This document shows positions 37,589-47,688 of a stretch of DNA of 64,000 nt, one piece after another. The position numbers and the translations under genes were made by a program. The stretch spans positions 480,001 through 544,000 of the forward strand of contig OZ224045.1 in the NCBI GenBank assembly GCA_963665325.3. The letters run 5' to 3'. Each line of letters starts with the position of its first letter. Within the stretch, counting starts at the first letter, position 1. The notes under the pieces are model-generated. The model did not search any database and was not told where the DNA came from. It was given only the letters and a program-made list of their open reading frames with translations. The stretch is from Alphaproteobacteria bacterium (lineage in GTDB: Bacteria > Pseudomonadota > Alphaproteobacteria > Bin95).

Positions 37589-37979
37589 CACCGGGCAGTC
37601 CGGGGCGAGTGCCTGGCCGGTGATGGTCTCGGCAGTGCTGCTCTCGGGCGCCGTGGCGGCGGCGGTTGCGGCCGCGATGCTCCGGTATGGGATCGAGCCG
37701 CCCCCGCGCATCGCGGGCGTGCGTCTGACGGAGATCACGGTCGCCTACACGACCCGAGCCGCGTCGGCGGGGGAGACCGCCGAGGGCGTGCAGGCCTGGG
37801 GCGGGGCGCTGGAAGCCGCACTCGACCGGGTAGCGAAGCGGCATGGCGCGGTGCTGCTGCCGGCCCGCGCGGTCGCCGCCGGAGCTCCGGACCTGACGGC
37901 CGAGGTCGAGGCGGCGCTCGCGGCCTTTCTCGCCCACACGGCAGGCGGAAGCGCCGCGCCGCCGGGAGACGGCCGGTGA
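37572..37979 (+). CDS. trbI: F-type TrbI
   Basis: TM anchor, VLLPARAVAAGAPDLT; position before trhF/traW. Confidence 0.7.
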   Translation: MSRRADTGQSGASAWPVMVSAVLLSGAVAAAVAAAMLRYGIEPPPRIAGVRLTEITVAYTTRAASAGETAEGVQAWGGALEAALDRVAKRHGAVLLPARAVAAGAPDLTAEVEAALAAFLAHTAGGSAAPPGDGR

Positions 37980-38563
37980 GCGCGCCGCGCCCGGTATTCA
38001 ATTTGCGGGCCGCCGGAGCACGGCGGAGGCATATCGGCCTCGCCGTCATGATCGCGCTGGCGGCGCTCTGGCTTGGCCTCGCCTCGCGGGTGCATGTGAA
38101 CGCCAGCTGGTCCGACCGGGCCTGGGGCTATGCCGCCTTCCCGCTGTTCGGCGAGGACCCGAGAATCGGCGACCGGGTGCTGTTCGAGCCACCGGCGGCC
38201 GTTGGCAGCAAGGTCCCTTATCTCAAGACGGTGCGCGGCCTGCCGGGGATGGCGGTCGCGGTCGCGGAAGACGGAACGGTCAGTCTCGATGGCGTTGCGG
38301 TCGGCCGCGCCAAGACGCACGCGCTCGACGGGCGGCCGCTCGAAGCCATCGCGCCGGGCATGATCCCGCCCGGGCATTACTTCCTGCACGCCGATCATCC
38401 CGACAGCCACGACAGCCGCTATGCCGGGATCGGCCTGGTGCCGCGCCATCGCATCCTCGGCCGCGCCATCGCCCTGCCCGACCTGCCCTGGCTCGGGCTC
38501 AAGGGACCGCTGGTCGGGCCGGAGGATATCCGGTCGGGCGAAGTGCCGGAGGCGCCGCGATGA
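37976..38563 (+). CDS. S26 conjugative signal peptidase (TrhF-like)
   Basis: VNASWS, YLKTVRGLPG, IPPGHYF, HPDSHDSRY..IGLV. Confidence 0.85.
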   Translation: MSAPRPVFNLRAAGARRRHIGLAVMIALAALWLGLASRVHVNASWSDRAWGYAAFPLFGEDPRIGDRVLFEPPAAVGSKVPYLKTVRGLPGMAVAVAEDGTVSLDGVAVGRAKTHALDGRPLEAIAPGMIPPGHYFLHADHPDSHDSRYAGIGLVPRHRILGRAIALPDLPWLGLKGPLVGPEDIRSGEVPEAPR

Positions 38564-39210
38564 TCCGTTGTGCCGCGCTGGTGCTTGCTACCGCCGCGAC
38601 CCTGCTGGCCCTTCCGGCCGCGGCGAAGGATCTGGGTGTGCGCGGCGCGACCTGGCCGGTGGCGGAACCGGACCTGCTGGCCGAAATCGAGACACGTCTC
38701 CTGGAGTTGCAGCGCTCGGGCGCGCTGGCGCGGCTGGAGGACGAGGCCCGAGCCAGTGCCCGGCGGACGCTGGAGGAACCGGACCCGGCGCCGGGCATCG
38801 CGCCCGCCACGAGGGAACGCAGCCGCCTGTTCGATCCCGCCATTACGGTGGAACGGGACATTCGCACGCCCGACGGCACGCTCATTGCCGCCGCGGGCAC
38901 AAGGGTCAATCCACTGGAGCGGGTCGTGCTCGCCCGCGACCTGCTGTTCGTCGACGGCAGGCGTGAGGCCGAAATCGCCTGGGCACTGGCCTATGGCCGG
39001 CCCGCGAAGATCGTGCTGCTCGCCGGCCGCCCGCTCGATCTCATGCGCCGCCATCGCCGGCCCGTCTTCTTCGACACCGGCGGCAGGATCGCCGCGCGAT
39101 TCGGCATCGCCGCGACGCCCACGCTGATCGAACAGGACGGCGTTCGACTGCGCCTTACCGAAATCCCGGTCGAAGAGCGGGATCCCGCTCGAACCGAAGA
39201 AGAGGACTGA
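38560..39210 (+). CDS. traW: TraW
   Basis: DLGVRGATWPVAEPDLL, GTRVNPL, FFDTGG, FGIAATP. Confidence 0.92.
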   Translation: MIRCAALVLATAATLLALPAAAKDLGVRGATWPVAEPDLLAEIETRLLELQRSGALARLEDEARASARRTLEEPDPAPGIAPATRERSRLFDPAITVERDIRTPDGTLIAAAGTRVNPLERVVLARDLLFVDGRREAEIAWALAYGRPAKIVLLAGRPLDLMRRHRRPVFFDTGGRIAARFGIAATPTLIEQDGVRLRLTEIPVEERDPARTEEED

Positions 39211-39214
39211 AGCC

Positions 39215-39616
39215 ATGCTGACCGTCAACCGCGCGACCCTGCTCGGCCATGCCGGGCGCGATCCCGAGATCCGCACCCTGCCGAACGGCGGCCGGGCGGC
39301 GACCTTCTCGCTCGCCACCGCCGAAAAGTGGACCGACCGGGAGGGCAAGCCCGCGGAGGCCACGGACTGGCACCGGGTGGTCGTCTATGGCGCCGCCGTG
39401 GAGATCGTCGGGACCATGCTGCGCAAGGGCGATCCGGTCATGGTCGAGGGTCGCATCGCCACCTGGCAATATCGCGACCGGGACGACAACGACCGCACCA
39501 TCACCGAAATCGTCGTCGCCGGGCCGCAGGGCATGGTCAACACCCTCGCCGGGCGGCGTCGGGAAAATGGCGATGCTGCCGGGACGGTTGGCGGCGCATC
39601 GGAGCCCGCGGAATGA
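39215..39616 (+). CDS. ssb: Single-stranded DNA-binding protein (no DIPF tip)
   Basis: VNRATLLGHAGRDPEIR, FSLAT, TDWHRVV, KGDPVMVEGRI. Confidence 0.88.
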   Translation: MLTVNRATLLGHAGRDPEIRTLPNGGRAATFSLATAEKWTDREGKPAEATDWHRVVVYGAAVEIVGTMLRKGDPVMVEGRIATWQYRDRDDNDRTITEIVVAGPQGMVNTLAGRRRENGDAAGTVGGASEPAE

Positions 39617-40614
39617 AGCTCCGCTTCGTCCCCCTTGCCGCCCTCGCCCTCGCGGCCCTTCTCTGGTCGGGTCCGGCCTCGGCGCAGTCCTGCACCGGGC
39701 GGTTCGTGAACCCGATCTCCGACGTCTGCTGGGAGTGCCTGTTCCCGATCTCGATCGGCCCGCTCACCATCGGCAGCACCGGCGGCGTGACCGACACCCC
39801 CAACCCGTCCTCGCCGATCTGCTTTTGCGGCTCCCCTATCCCCCGCATCGGGTTGTCCCTCGGGGTGTGGGAGCCGGCACGGCTGGTCGACGTCACCAGG
39901 ACCCCCTGGTGCTTCCCCAACCTGGGCGGCCTCACCATCGATCCCGGCCTGCCCGCCGCCAGGGGCCGCACCGGGTCGTCCGGCGGCGACGGCGCGAAGG
40001 GCTCGGTCTGGCATGCGCACTATTACATGTATCCATTGCTCTCCTGGATCGGGGTGCTACTCGATCTCGGCTGCCTCGAAGGAGGTTCGCTCGACATCGC
40101 CTGGGTCTCGGAGCTCGACCCGGCCTGGCTCGACGACGAGCTGTCGTTCCTCCTGAACCCGGAGGCGGCGCTGTTCGCCAACCTGCCGGCGCAGGCGGCC
40201 TGCGCCGCCGACTGTGCGGCGGCCTCGGTGGGCCTGCCCCAGGACGGCCTGTTCTGGTGCGCGGGCTGCCAGGGCGGGATGTATCCGCTGACCGGCAACG
40301 TGGCGGCCCATGTGGGCGGCGTGCAGGCCTCGCTGCTGGCGGCCCAGCGGCTGGTCTACCGCCTGCACCGTGCCGGTCTCGCCTGGGGCACCTCGGGCTC
40401 GCAGGCGCTCTGCGGGCGCTACCCGATGCCGGTGATGAAGAAGAGCCAGTATCGCTGGCAGATGACCGAGCCGGTGCCGGCGACGACGCCCGCGACCGGC
40501 TGCAACCCGACGGGACGCTCCTCGGTGCTCTGGGAGAGCCTGCGCGAACTGCCGGTCTCCGGGGAGAGCTTCGGCTACCTGCTGTGGAGAAAAAGGTCAT
40601 GTTGTTTGCTCTGA
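39613..40614 (+). CDS. traU: TraU
   Basis: FVNPISDVCWECLFPISIG, WEPARLVDV, SELDPAW, WCAGCQG, LWRKRSCC. Confidence 0.95.
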   Translation: MKLRFVPLAALALAALLWSGPASAQSCTGRFVNPISDVCWECLFPISIGPLTIGSTGGVTDTPNPSSPICFCGSPIPRIGLSLGVWEPARLVDVTRTPWCFPNLGGLTIDPGLPAARGRTGSSGGDGAKGSVWHAHYYMYPLLSWIGVLLDLGCLEGGSLDIAWVSELDPAWLDDELSFLLNPEAALFANLPAQAACAADCAAASVGLPQDGLFWCAGCQGGMYPLTGNVAAHVGGVQASLLAAQRLVYRLHRAGLAWGTSGSQALCGRYPMPVMKKSQYRWQMTEPVPATTPATGCNPTGRSSVLWESLRELPVSGESFGYLLWRKRSCCLL

Positions 40615-41357
40615 ACCGGCTCGGGATCGCCGGCTTCCTGCTGCTTTCCGTCTGTCCGGCCCGTGCCGACGAAATGCCCGCCGCAGGCCCGAAGGCCGAG
40701 GCATCGCGCCTGGTCGAGGAGGTCATGCGCAAGGCGGGCGACGGCGATCTCGGGGAGTGGACGCGCTCCATCATGGACCGCGCCCTGGAACGTGCGGGAA
40801 AGATCGCACGGCAGACGGGTCCCGGACAAACTGCGCCCCTCCCGGTCGAACGTCATTCGGGCGCTCTCGCAGGAAAGCGCCCCGCCTCGGCGGCGGTGTT
40901 GATCTTCACCAGCCTCTCGGTGCCGGCGGCGAGCTGGCGGCAATGGGCCCATGACGCGGCCCGGGCGGGCGTGCCGCTCGTGCTGCGCGGTGTCGGCGCG
41001 GGCGGATTGCGGCAGATGGCCGGTGAGATCCGCGTCCGTCTTGGTGAGCACAAGGCGGGTCCCGGATCGAAGTCCGGGACAAGCATTGCCATCGATCCGC
41101 GCCTGTTCCGGCTGTTCGGCATCGAACGGGTGCCTGCTGTCGTCGTGGTCCCGGGCGGCGTGCCGCCCTGCGAGAGCCGCGGCTGCTCAGGCCCCGGATC
41201 GGAGTCCGGGGCAGGCTTTCCCGCCCCGCCGCACGATCTTGTCGCCGGCAATATCGGCCTTGTCGCCGCGCTGGAGGCCGTCGCCGCGGAAGGCGACGCC
41301 GGGCGCGCGGTCGCGAAAAGGCATCTCCAACGGCTGAGAAGGGGAAACGAGCCATGA
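40599..41357 (+). CDS. trbC: F-type TrbC
   Basis: IFTSLSVP, LVLRG, IDPRLFRLFGIERVPAVV, GNIGLVAALE. Confidence 0.88.
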   Translation: MLFALNRLGIAGFLLLSVCPARADEMPAAGPKAEASRLVEEVMRKAGDGDLGEWTRSIMDRALERAGKIARQTGPGQTAPLPVERHSGALAGKRPASAAVLIFTSLSVPAASWRQWAHDAARAGVPLVLRGVGAGGLRQMAGEIRVRLGEHKAGPGSKSGTSIAIDPRLFRLFGIERVPAVVVVPGGVPPCESRGCSGPGSESGAGFPAPPHDLVAGNIGLVAALEAVAAEGDAGRAVAKRHLQRLRRGNEP

Positions 41358-42475
41358 CCCGGAGGCCGATATTCCGGAGAGCGCGCGCTCCTCTGGTGAT
41401 GCGCGCGATGACTTGGGTGCTCATGGCGGCGGTCCTGGGCTTCCTGCTCTGGATCGTCTTCGGTGGAGCTGCCGATGCCGGCGATCCGAAGGCGGAAGCC
41501 CGCGCCATCGGCAATGCCGGCACGGCCGCGGCACGCGCGATCGCGCGCGACGTTTCGAACGCTGCCGCCGTGCCGGGCTATGCCGGCACGAATGTCCCGG
41601 AGCGGAACATCGGCGCGAATGCGCTGGAGAACGAAGGCCGGGCCCGGCTCGCCGACCCGGACGATCCGGGCGGGCAGGCCGGACGCAGCGTCATCGAGGG
41701 CGTGACGGTCCGCCCGGACGTGCCCGTGACGGTGAGCGATCCCGGCGTCGCGCGCGGCAAGGCCGTCGCCGCCGATCCGGGCAATGCCGCCCACGGCGCC
41801 GACAATCTCGCCTCGGGCAGCGTCACGGACTGCGGCGCGGGACTGCCGGACGCCCGGGACGGCGGGAGTTGCGGCTCGGTCCGCTGGTGCGTCGGCGCCG
41901 GCTGCGAGACGGTGGCGCCGGAGGCCAATACCGGCTTCGTCGAGGCGACGACGCGGCTCAACATGGCGCTGGAGCTGGGCGGCGAGGAATTCGACCGGGA
42001 GAACCTGCGCTTCTTCGCCGGCAAGCGCCGGCGCTGCCACATCCATTTCGGGGGGCTGGCGAACTGCTGCAAGAACAGCGGTCTGCTGGTTGGATTGGCC
42101 AACTGCTCGGCGTCGGAGAAGGAACTGGCGAAGGAGCGCAACGCGGGCAACACGCACTATCTCGGCAGATACTGCTCGAAGCGCGTCTTCGGCATCTGCA
42201 TCCGCCGCTCGCGGGCCTGGTGCGTGTTCGGGTCCAAGCTCGGGCGCATCCTGCACCAGCAGGCGCGGCCGCAGCTCGGGATCGGCTGGGGCAGCTGCCG
42301 GGGCTTCAGCGTGGCCGAGGTCGAACGCATCGACTTTGCGCGCCTCGATCTCTCCGAGTTCACCGAGGACCTGATGGACGGATCGAGGGAGCCGGCCGTG
42401 ACCCTGCCCGAGGCGGGCGCGACGCAGTCGGTCATGCGCGACCGGGTGCGCGACTTCTACGGGCGGCAACCGTGA
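41354..42475 (+). CDS. traN: TraN (short form)
   Basis: Cys-rich C-terminus NCCK, HYLGRYCS, CVFGSKLGRILHQQARPQLG, CRGFS...IDFARLDLSEF. Confidence 0.88.
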   Translation: MTRRPIFRRARAPLVMRAMTWVLMAAVLGFLLWIVFGGAADAGDPKAEARAIGNAGTAAARAIARDVSNAAAVPGYAGTNVPERNIGANALENEGRARLADPDDPGGQAGRSVIEGVTVRPDVPVTVSDPGVARGKAVAADPGNAAHGADNLASGSVTDCGAGLPDARDGGSCGSVRWCVGAGCETVAPEANTGFVEATTRLNMALELGGEEFDRENLRFFAGKRRRCHIHFGGLANCCKNSGLLVGLANCSASEKELAKERNAGNTHYLGRYCSKRVFGICIRRSRAWCVFGSKLGRILHQQARPQLGIGWGSCRGFSVAEVERIDFARLDLSEFTEDLMDGSREPAVTLPEAGATQSVMRDRVRDFYGRQP

Positions 42476-43338
42476 TGGCGCGCGCCGTGAAACCGGCCCT
42501 CCGGCGTACTCTGGGACGCGTCCTCGCGGCGCTCGGCGTCTGGGCGGCGCTCGGCGCCCCGGCGGCGGGCGGGGACACTCGTGCCGGAGAATGGCGGTCC
42601 TGGTGCACCGATCCGGGCTCCGGCGCCTCGCTCGGCTGGCACTTCTACTGCGACCGGGAGGAAGAGCGGCGGGAAGCCGAACCGGCGCCGGCGCAGCCTC
42701 CCACCGAGCCACCAGCCGCCAGGGAAAGTCAGTCGGCCACCGAACGCATCCTGGCGCTGCGCCGGGCGCTGGAGGAGGCCCGCGCCGAGGCGATCCTCGA
42801 TCCGACGCCGGAGAAGGTGACTGCCTATCTACGCCTCCAGCAGGAGACGCTGCAACGGGCCGCCGTCTTCTCCGACGCCTTCCGGCGCACGGTCTGGTCG
42901 ACGCCGGATCTCGACTACACGCTCCGCCGTCCCGTGGGCGCGCTCGCCAAGCAGGTCTGGTCGGACGGGAGGCGCGAAGCGCGCGACGCCGCGCTGGCGC
43001 GTCTCGGCGACCGCTACGGGCTGATCTATCTCGGCCACGCCGGGTGCGCCGGATGCAAGGTGTTCGGCCCGCTCTTGCGCGCCTTCGCCATGCGCCACGG
43101 TCTCGATGTGCTGGCGATGTCGCTCTCCGGAGAGGCGCTGGAGGGCTGGCCCGAGGCGGTCGCCGACAATGGAAGGGCGGCCCGGCTCGGCCTCGGCAAT
43201 GCCCCGGTGCCGGCCTTGGTGCTCTTCGACACTCAAACGAAGCGCGTCCTGCCGGTCGGCTTCGGCGTGATGCCCGAGGACGAGATGGCCGAGCGCATCT
43301 ACGCCCTGACCGCACTGGAGCCCGGACATGACTACTGA
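42475..43338 (+). CDS. traF: F-type TraF (thioredoxin fold)
   Basis: GWHFYCD, AILDPTPEKV, CAGC, PALVL. Confidence 0.9.
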   Translation: MARAVKPALRRTLGRVLAALGVWAALGAPAAGGDTRAGEWRSWCTDPGSGASLGWHFYCDREEERREAEPAPAQPPTEPPAARESQSATERILALRRALEEARAEAILDPTPEKVTAYLRLQQETLQRAAVFSDAFRRTVWSTPDLDYTLRRPVGALAKQVWSDGRREARDAALARLGDRYGLIYLGHAGCAGCKVFGPLLRAFAMRHGLDVLAMSLSGEALEGWPEAVADNGRAARLGLGNAPVPALVLFDTQTKRVLPVGFGVMPEDEMAERIYALTALEPGHDY

Positions 43339-44752
43339 GCGCAGGAATATCGCGGCTGCCGTTGCCATGGGCATGGTGCTGACGGCTACCGTTCCCGCGA
43401 AGGCGGACGTGCTCTCGGAGATGAACCGCTTCTGGCAGGGGGCGGCGGTCAATGTCACCGGCCCGACCGCGTTCAACGGCCAGGCCTCCGGGCACTGGAC
43501 GCTCGGCAATCTCTATCTCCGCGCGCCGGTGCGCTCCGAGCAGGTCGCCACCGTGAGCCTGCCCTCCTTCCGCGCCGGCTGCGGCGGCATCGACGCGTTT
43601 GCCGGCGCGTTCTCGTTCATCAACTCCGACCAGTTGATCGCCTTCGGCCGCGCGGTGGCCCAGAACGCCGCCGGCTTCGCCTTCGAGCTGGCACTGGAGA
43701 CCATCTCGCCGGTGATCGCCGAGACCATGGCCAAGCTCCGGGCGCTGGCGCAATGGGTGAACGGGCAGAACCTCAACTCCTGCGAGACCGCCCAGGCGCT
43801 GGTCGGCGCCCTCTGGTCGAAGAACGACCGGGCGAGCGCGTCGATCTGCGCCGCCATCGGCACGTCGCAGGGCATCTTCTCCGACTATGCCGCCGCGAAG
43901 CACGGCTGCGGCGCCGACGGGAAGCGGAACTCCACCCTGGCCTCGGCCTCCGGGGCGATGGCCGACCAGGTGCCGGTCAACGTCAACTATGCCTGGAAGG
44001 CCATTCGAAGCTCGGCCTTCCTGTCCGGGGATACCCAATTGGCGGAGTTCGCCATGGCGGTGACCGGCACGCTGATCGTCACCGCGCCCACCTCGGACGG
44101 CGATACGTCGGGACCGCGGGTGCGCATCCTGGAGCCGCTGGCGCTCGATCGGCGGGTGACGGAAGTGCTGATGGAGGGCGGCGGCAGCCTGCCGGTCTAC
44201 CGCTGCGACACCAATACCCTCTGCCTCAACCCGACATTGGCCAGCGTCAGCATCCCCGCCGACCGGGGCTTCCGGGCGCGGGTGGCGGAGCTGCTGCGCG
44301 ACCTGGTCGACGCGGTGAGGAACGATACCGCCCCGCCGGCTGCCGCGCTCGGGCTGGTCAATCTGACCACGCTCCCGGTCTACCGGGTCGCCAATGCGGC
44401 CGCGGCCTATCGCGGCGCGGTGGTCGACCAGGAGATGGATGTGCTGGCCGAGGCCGTGGCGCTCGACGTGATGCAGGTCTGGCTCTCGGACCTGCACCGC
44501 ACGGTGGAGGAGCGCGCCGGGACCCTCGACATCGCCGACGGCGAGCAGCTCCAGCGCTGGCGCGAGGGTCTGCGCAGCAACCGCACCGCGCTCGCCCGGC
44601 ACCGCAACGAGGGGCTCGCCCGCTTCAACACCGCGCTCGCCGTGGTCGAGAAGCTGCGCCTGATCGAGACCGAGCTCGCCGGGGCGCTGTCGGCCGATCT
44701 CCGCGCCGCGCTCGCCTTCGCAAGAGGCGGCGCCGGGGCCGGGTCTCGGTAG
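43328..44752 (+). CDS. traH: TraH
   Basis: NVTGPTAFNGQASG, PSFRAGCGGIDAFAGAFSFIN, NSCETAQALV. Confidence 0.93.
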   Translation: MTTERRNIAAAVAMGMVLTATVPAKADVLSEMNRFWQGAAVNVTGPTAFNGQASGHWTLGNLYLRAPVRSEQVATVSLPSFRAGCGGIDAFAGAFSFINSDQLIAFGRAVAQNAAGFAFELALETISPVIAETMAKLRALAQWVNGQNLNSCETAQALVGALWSKNDRASASICAAIGTSQGIFSDYAAAKHGCGADGKRNSTLASASGAMADQVPVNVNYAWKAIRSSAFLSGDTQLAEFAMAVTGTLIVTAPTSDGDTSGPRVRILEPLALDRRVTEVLMEGGGSLPVYRCDTNTLCLNPTLASVSIPADRGFRARVAELLRDLVDAVRNDTAPPAAALGLVNLTTLPVYRVANAAAAYRGAVVDQEMDVLAEAVALDVMQVWLSDLHRTVEERAGTLDIADGEQLQRWREGLRSNRTALARHRNEGLARFNTALAVVEKLRLIETELAGALSADLRAALAFARGGAGAGSR

Positions 44753-44767
44753 GGGCCCCTATATATA

Positions 44768-47674
44768 ATGTACGAGCTCTTCACCCTCGGCGGCGGCGCC
44801 TACCTGGTCGACCTGCTGAACGCGGTGGCGGCCATTACCGGCGGCGGGGCGTTCGTCAACCTCGCGCAGCTTGCCGGCATGGCCGGTCTCGCCTGGGTGC
44901 TGTTCCGCACCGCCTTCGGCGGCTCGTGGAAGGACAACGCCAAGTGGATGCTGCTGTTCGCCGCCGTCTGGGGCGCGATGATCGTGCCGAAGGCGACGGT
45001 CAGGGTGGTGGACCGGCTCGATCCGGCGCTCGCGCCGGCGGTGGTGGCCAACGTCCCCATCGGCCTCGCGCTGTTCGCCTCTCTCACGTCGCAAGTGGGC
45101 GACGGCCTGACACGCCTGACCGAACAGGCCTTCGCGCTGCCGAACGATCTCGCCTACCGCCGCCACGGGCTGATCTTCGGGGCGCGGCTGGCGGGCAAGG
45201 CGACCCGACTGGAAGTGACCGACGCGGTGTTCGCGCGCAACATCCGCAACTATGCCAGGCAGTGCGTCTTCCCCGCCCTGCTGCTCGGCCATGTCTCGGC
45301 GGACGACCTGCGGGAGAGCACCGACATCTGGCAACTGGTCACTGCCACGGGCACGCCGTCGGCCGGGGCCTCGCCCGCGCGCATGATGGAGTTCGCCACC
45401 CGGCAGGCCGCGTCCGGCACCGGCGCCACCACCGTGGACCGGCAGATCGTCACCTGCCGCGACGCGGCGGGCCGGCTCAACGCGCAGTGGAACGCCGAGA
45501 TCGCCCGCGCCGGCACGATCTTCGGGCGGCGCATCTTCCCCGATGCAAGGACCGACGCTCTGGCAAGGGCCGAGCTTCTGGCCTCATTGCCGGCCGCGCA
45601 TGACTTTCTCATAGGGGCCTCGCGCTCGGCCGGCGAGATCATGCGCCAGCAGATGGTGCTGAACGCGGTCCACGACGCCGGCGAGCAATGGGCGGCGGAA
45701 GCCGGCAACGCGGCGGCCCTGCGCGCCTATACCGAAGCGAGGGCCGAGGCGCAGACGGTCTCCGCCTACCGGGCGATCGGCAGGCAGGCCGAGACCTGGG
45801 TGCCGCTGCTCAGGATCGTGTTCGAGTGCCTCTATGTCGGGGCCTTCCCGATGGCGGTGCTGCTGATGCTGACCCCGGCGGGCGCGGCGATCTTCCGCTC
45901 ATACGTCACCGGGCTGGTCTGGCTCCAGTCCTGGGGACCGCTCTATGCGGTGCTGCACCGGATATCCATGGGCGAGGCGGCCGAGCGCATGTCGGCCGCC
46001 GCCGCCATGCCGAACGGCGAGATCGGCATCGCGCTGGTGGCGCAGGCCGGCATAAGGGCGGTCGCCGCCGATGTCGCCGTGATGTCGGGCTACCTGTCGA
46101 TGTCGGTGCCGTTCCTCGCCGCAGCACTCGCCTACGGGCTCTCCAAGGCGACGGTGCTCGCGACCTCGGTGCTCGCCGTGGGCCAGGACGCGGCCTCATC
46201 GGCGGCGCATGAGGGCACGACGGGCAATCTCTCCCTCTCCAACACCGGCTACGACAGCCACCGCTTCGCGACCCTGGAGGGCCGCCAGATCCGCACCTCG
46301 GCCCATGTCGATACCGACCGCTATACCGGCTACGCGCCGGCGGGCGCGGGCATGACGGTGACCGGCGACGGGACGGCGGTGGCCGATGCCGGCGCGGCCA
46401 CCAGCCGCATCCCCGCCGCCGGCATAAGGCTGTCGGAGTCGCTCGCCACCAGCCACGAACAGCGCGCGGCCCACGCCCGCGGCCTCTCGCGGCACTGGTC
46501 GGCCGAGGCCGGACAGGCGAGGAACGCCGCCGTCACCGACGCGACGGCGCTGATGGAGCGCTACAGCCATGACGTCAGCACGGGCGAGGCGTTTGCGCGC
46601 GGGGTCACCGAAAGTGAGAGCAGCCAGGCGCAGCAACTGGACTCCCATGTCGAGAAGCTGTCCGAGATCGCCGGGATCAGCAAGAACCAGGCCCTCACGC
46701 TGACGGCATCCGCCAGTGTCGGCGGCGGCTGGAACGCGATCGTGAAGCTGGGCGCCGACGGCTCCGCCGCCTGGCGCGGCCAGACCATCGAGCAGGACGC
46801 CTGGAACCGGGTGAAGGAATACGACCGCCAGCATGGCGTTACCGAGACCTGGTCGAGGGTCTCGGAAGCGTCGCGGCGGTATTCGACGCAGACCGGCGAC
46901 AGCGAGATGGCGAGCCTCGACGAGAGCCTCAGCGCCAACCTCACCCGCATGCGGAGCTTCCACGAGCGGGCGTCGCTGGCGCGGCAGGAATCGGAGAGCT
47001 GGTCCGAGCAGGCCGCGCAGGTCCGCTCCGATGCGCAGGCGATCGAGCGCGAGCTCGGCCAGCCCTTCTTCGCCTGGCTGTCGGAGCGGGAGGGCACGGA
47101 CGGCCGCGCGATCGGCGCGGCCGGCGCCATGCGCATCGCCTCGCCGCAGACGCCGGAGGACGCCGAGCAGCTTCGGGAACAGGCCGCCGCCTTCGTCGCC
47201 GAACACTACCCCGCGCCGTCCGGACCCGATCCCTCCACCGTCGGCGGCGCGGCGGAATACGGCGCCGCAACCGGGCAGCTGCGCGAGGATTACGCCCGTG
47301 AGACCGCGGCGGCCCATGCCGGCTGGTCGGCCGGCGTGCGCGACCGGGCCGTCGCGGCGGGCGCACCCGGTCCGGGCGAGACCGAGGCCGCGGCCCGCAC
47401 CGGGCGCGCGGAGACGAAGACCGACACGATCGTGAAGGGCGCCGCCCGCGAGGCGCGAGAGAGCGTCACCAGGGACGAGGCGGCGCAAGGCCGCGCCGGC
47501 GTCGCGGTCGAGGCGAAAAAACCCTTCGAGGAGCATGCCACCGAGAACCTGCCCCTTGTCGGCGGCTGGCTCGCCGGACAGCTCTTCGGCAGCGCGAAGA
47601 ACGCCGCGCCGGACGGTACGGACAGGGCCGGTCGGACACAGGACGAAAGAGGCTGGGGAGATTCGTCGCCGTGA
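44768..47674 (+). CDS. traG: F-type TraG
   Basis: MYELFTLGGG...NAVAA, VANVPIGLA, WLQSWGPLYAVL, TM N-terminus and long periplasmic C-terminus. Confidence 0.93.
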   Translation: MYELFTLGGGAYLVDLLNAVAAITGGGAFVNLAQLAGMAGLAWVLFRTAFGGSWKDNAKWMLLFAAVWGAMIVPKATVRVVDRLDPALAPAVVANVPIGLALFASLTSQVGDGLTRLTEQAFALPNDLAYRRHGLIFGARLAGKATRLEVTDAVFARNIRNYARQCVFPALLLGHVSADDLRESTDIWQLVTATGTPSAGASPARMMEFATRQAASGTGATTVDRQIVTCRDAAGRLNAQWNAEIARAGTIFGRRIFPDARTDALARAELLASLPAAHDFLIGASRSAGEIMRQQMVLNAVHDAGEQWAAEAGNAAALRAYTEARAEAQTVSAYRAIGRQAETWVPLLRIVFECLYVGAFPMAVLLMLTPAGAAIFRSYVTGLVWLQSWGPLYAVLHRISMGEAAERMSAAAAMPNGEIGIALVAQAGIRAVAADVAVMSGYLSMSVPFLAAALAYGLSKATVLATSVLAVGQDAASSAAHEGTTGNLSLSNTGYDSHRFATLEGRQIRTSAHVDTDRYTGYAPAGAGMTVTGDGTAVADAGAATSRIPAAGIRLSESLATSHEQRAAHARGLSRHWSAEAGQARNAAVTDATALMERYSHDVSTGEAFARGVTESESSQAQQLDSHVEKLSEIAGISKNQALTLTASASVGGGWNAIVKLGADGSAAWRGQTIEQDAWNRVKEYDRQHGVTETWSRVSEASRRYSTQTGDSEMASLDESLSANLTRMRSFHERASLARQESESWSEQAAQVRSDAQAIERELGQPFFAWLSEREGTDGRAIGAAGAMRIASPQTPEDAEQLREQAAAFVAEHYPAPSGPDPSTVGGAAEYGAATGQLREDYARETAAAHAGWSAGVRDRAVAAGAPGPGETEAAARTGRAETKTDTIVKGAAREARESVTRDEAAQGRAGVAVEAKKPFEEHATENLPLVGGWLAGQLFGSAKNAAPDGTDRAGRTQDERGWGDSSP

Positions 47675-47688
47675 CGCCGGTTCCGGTC

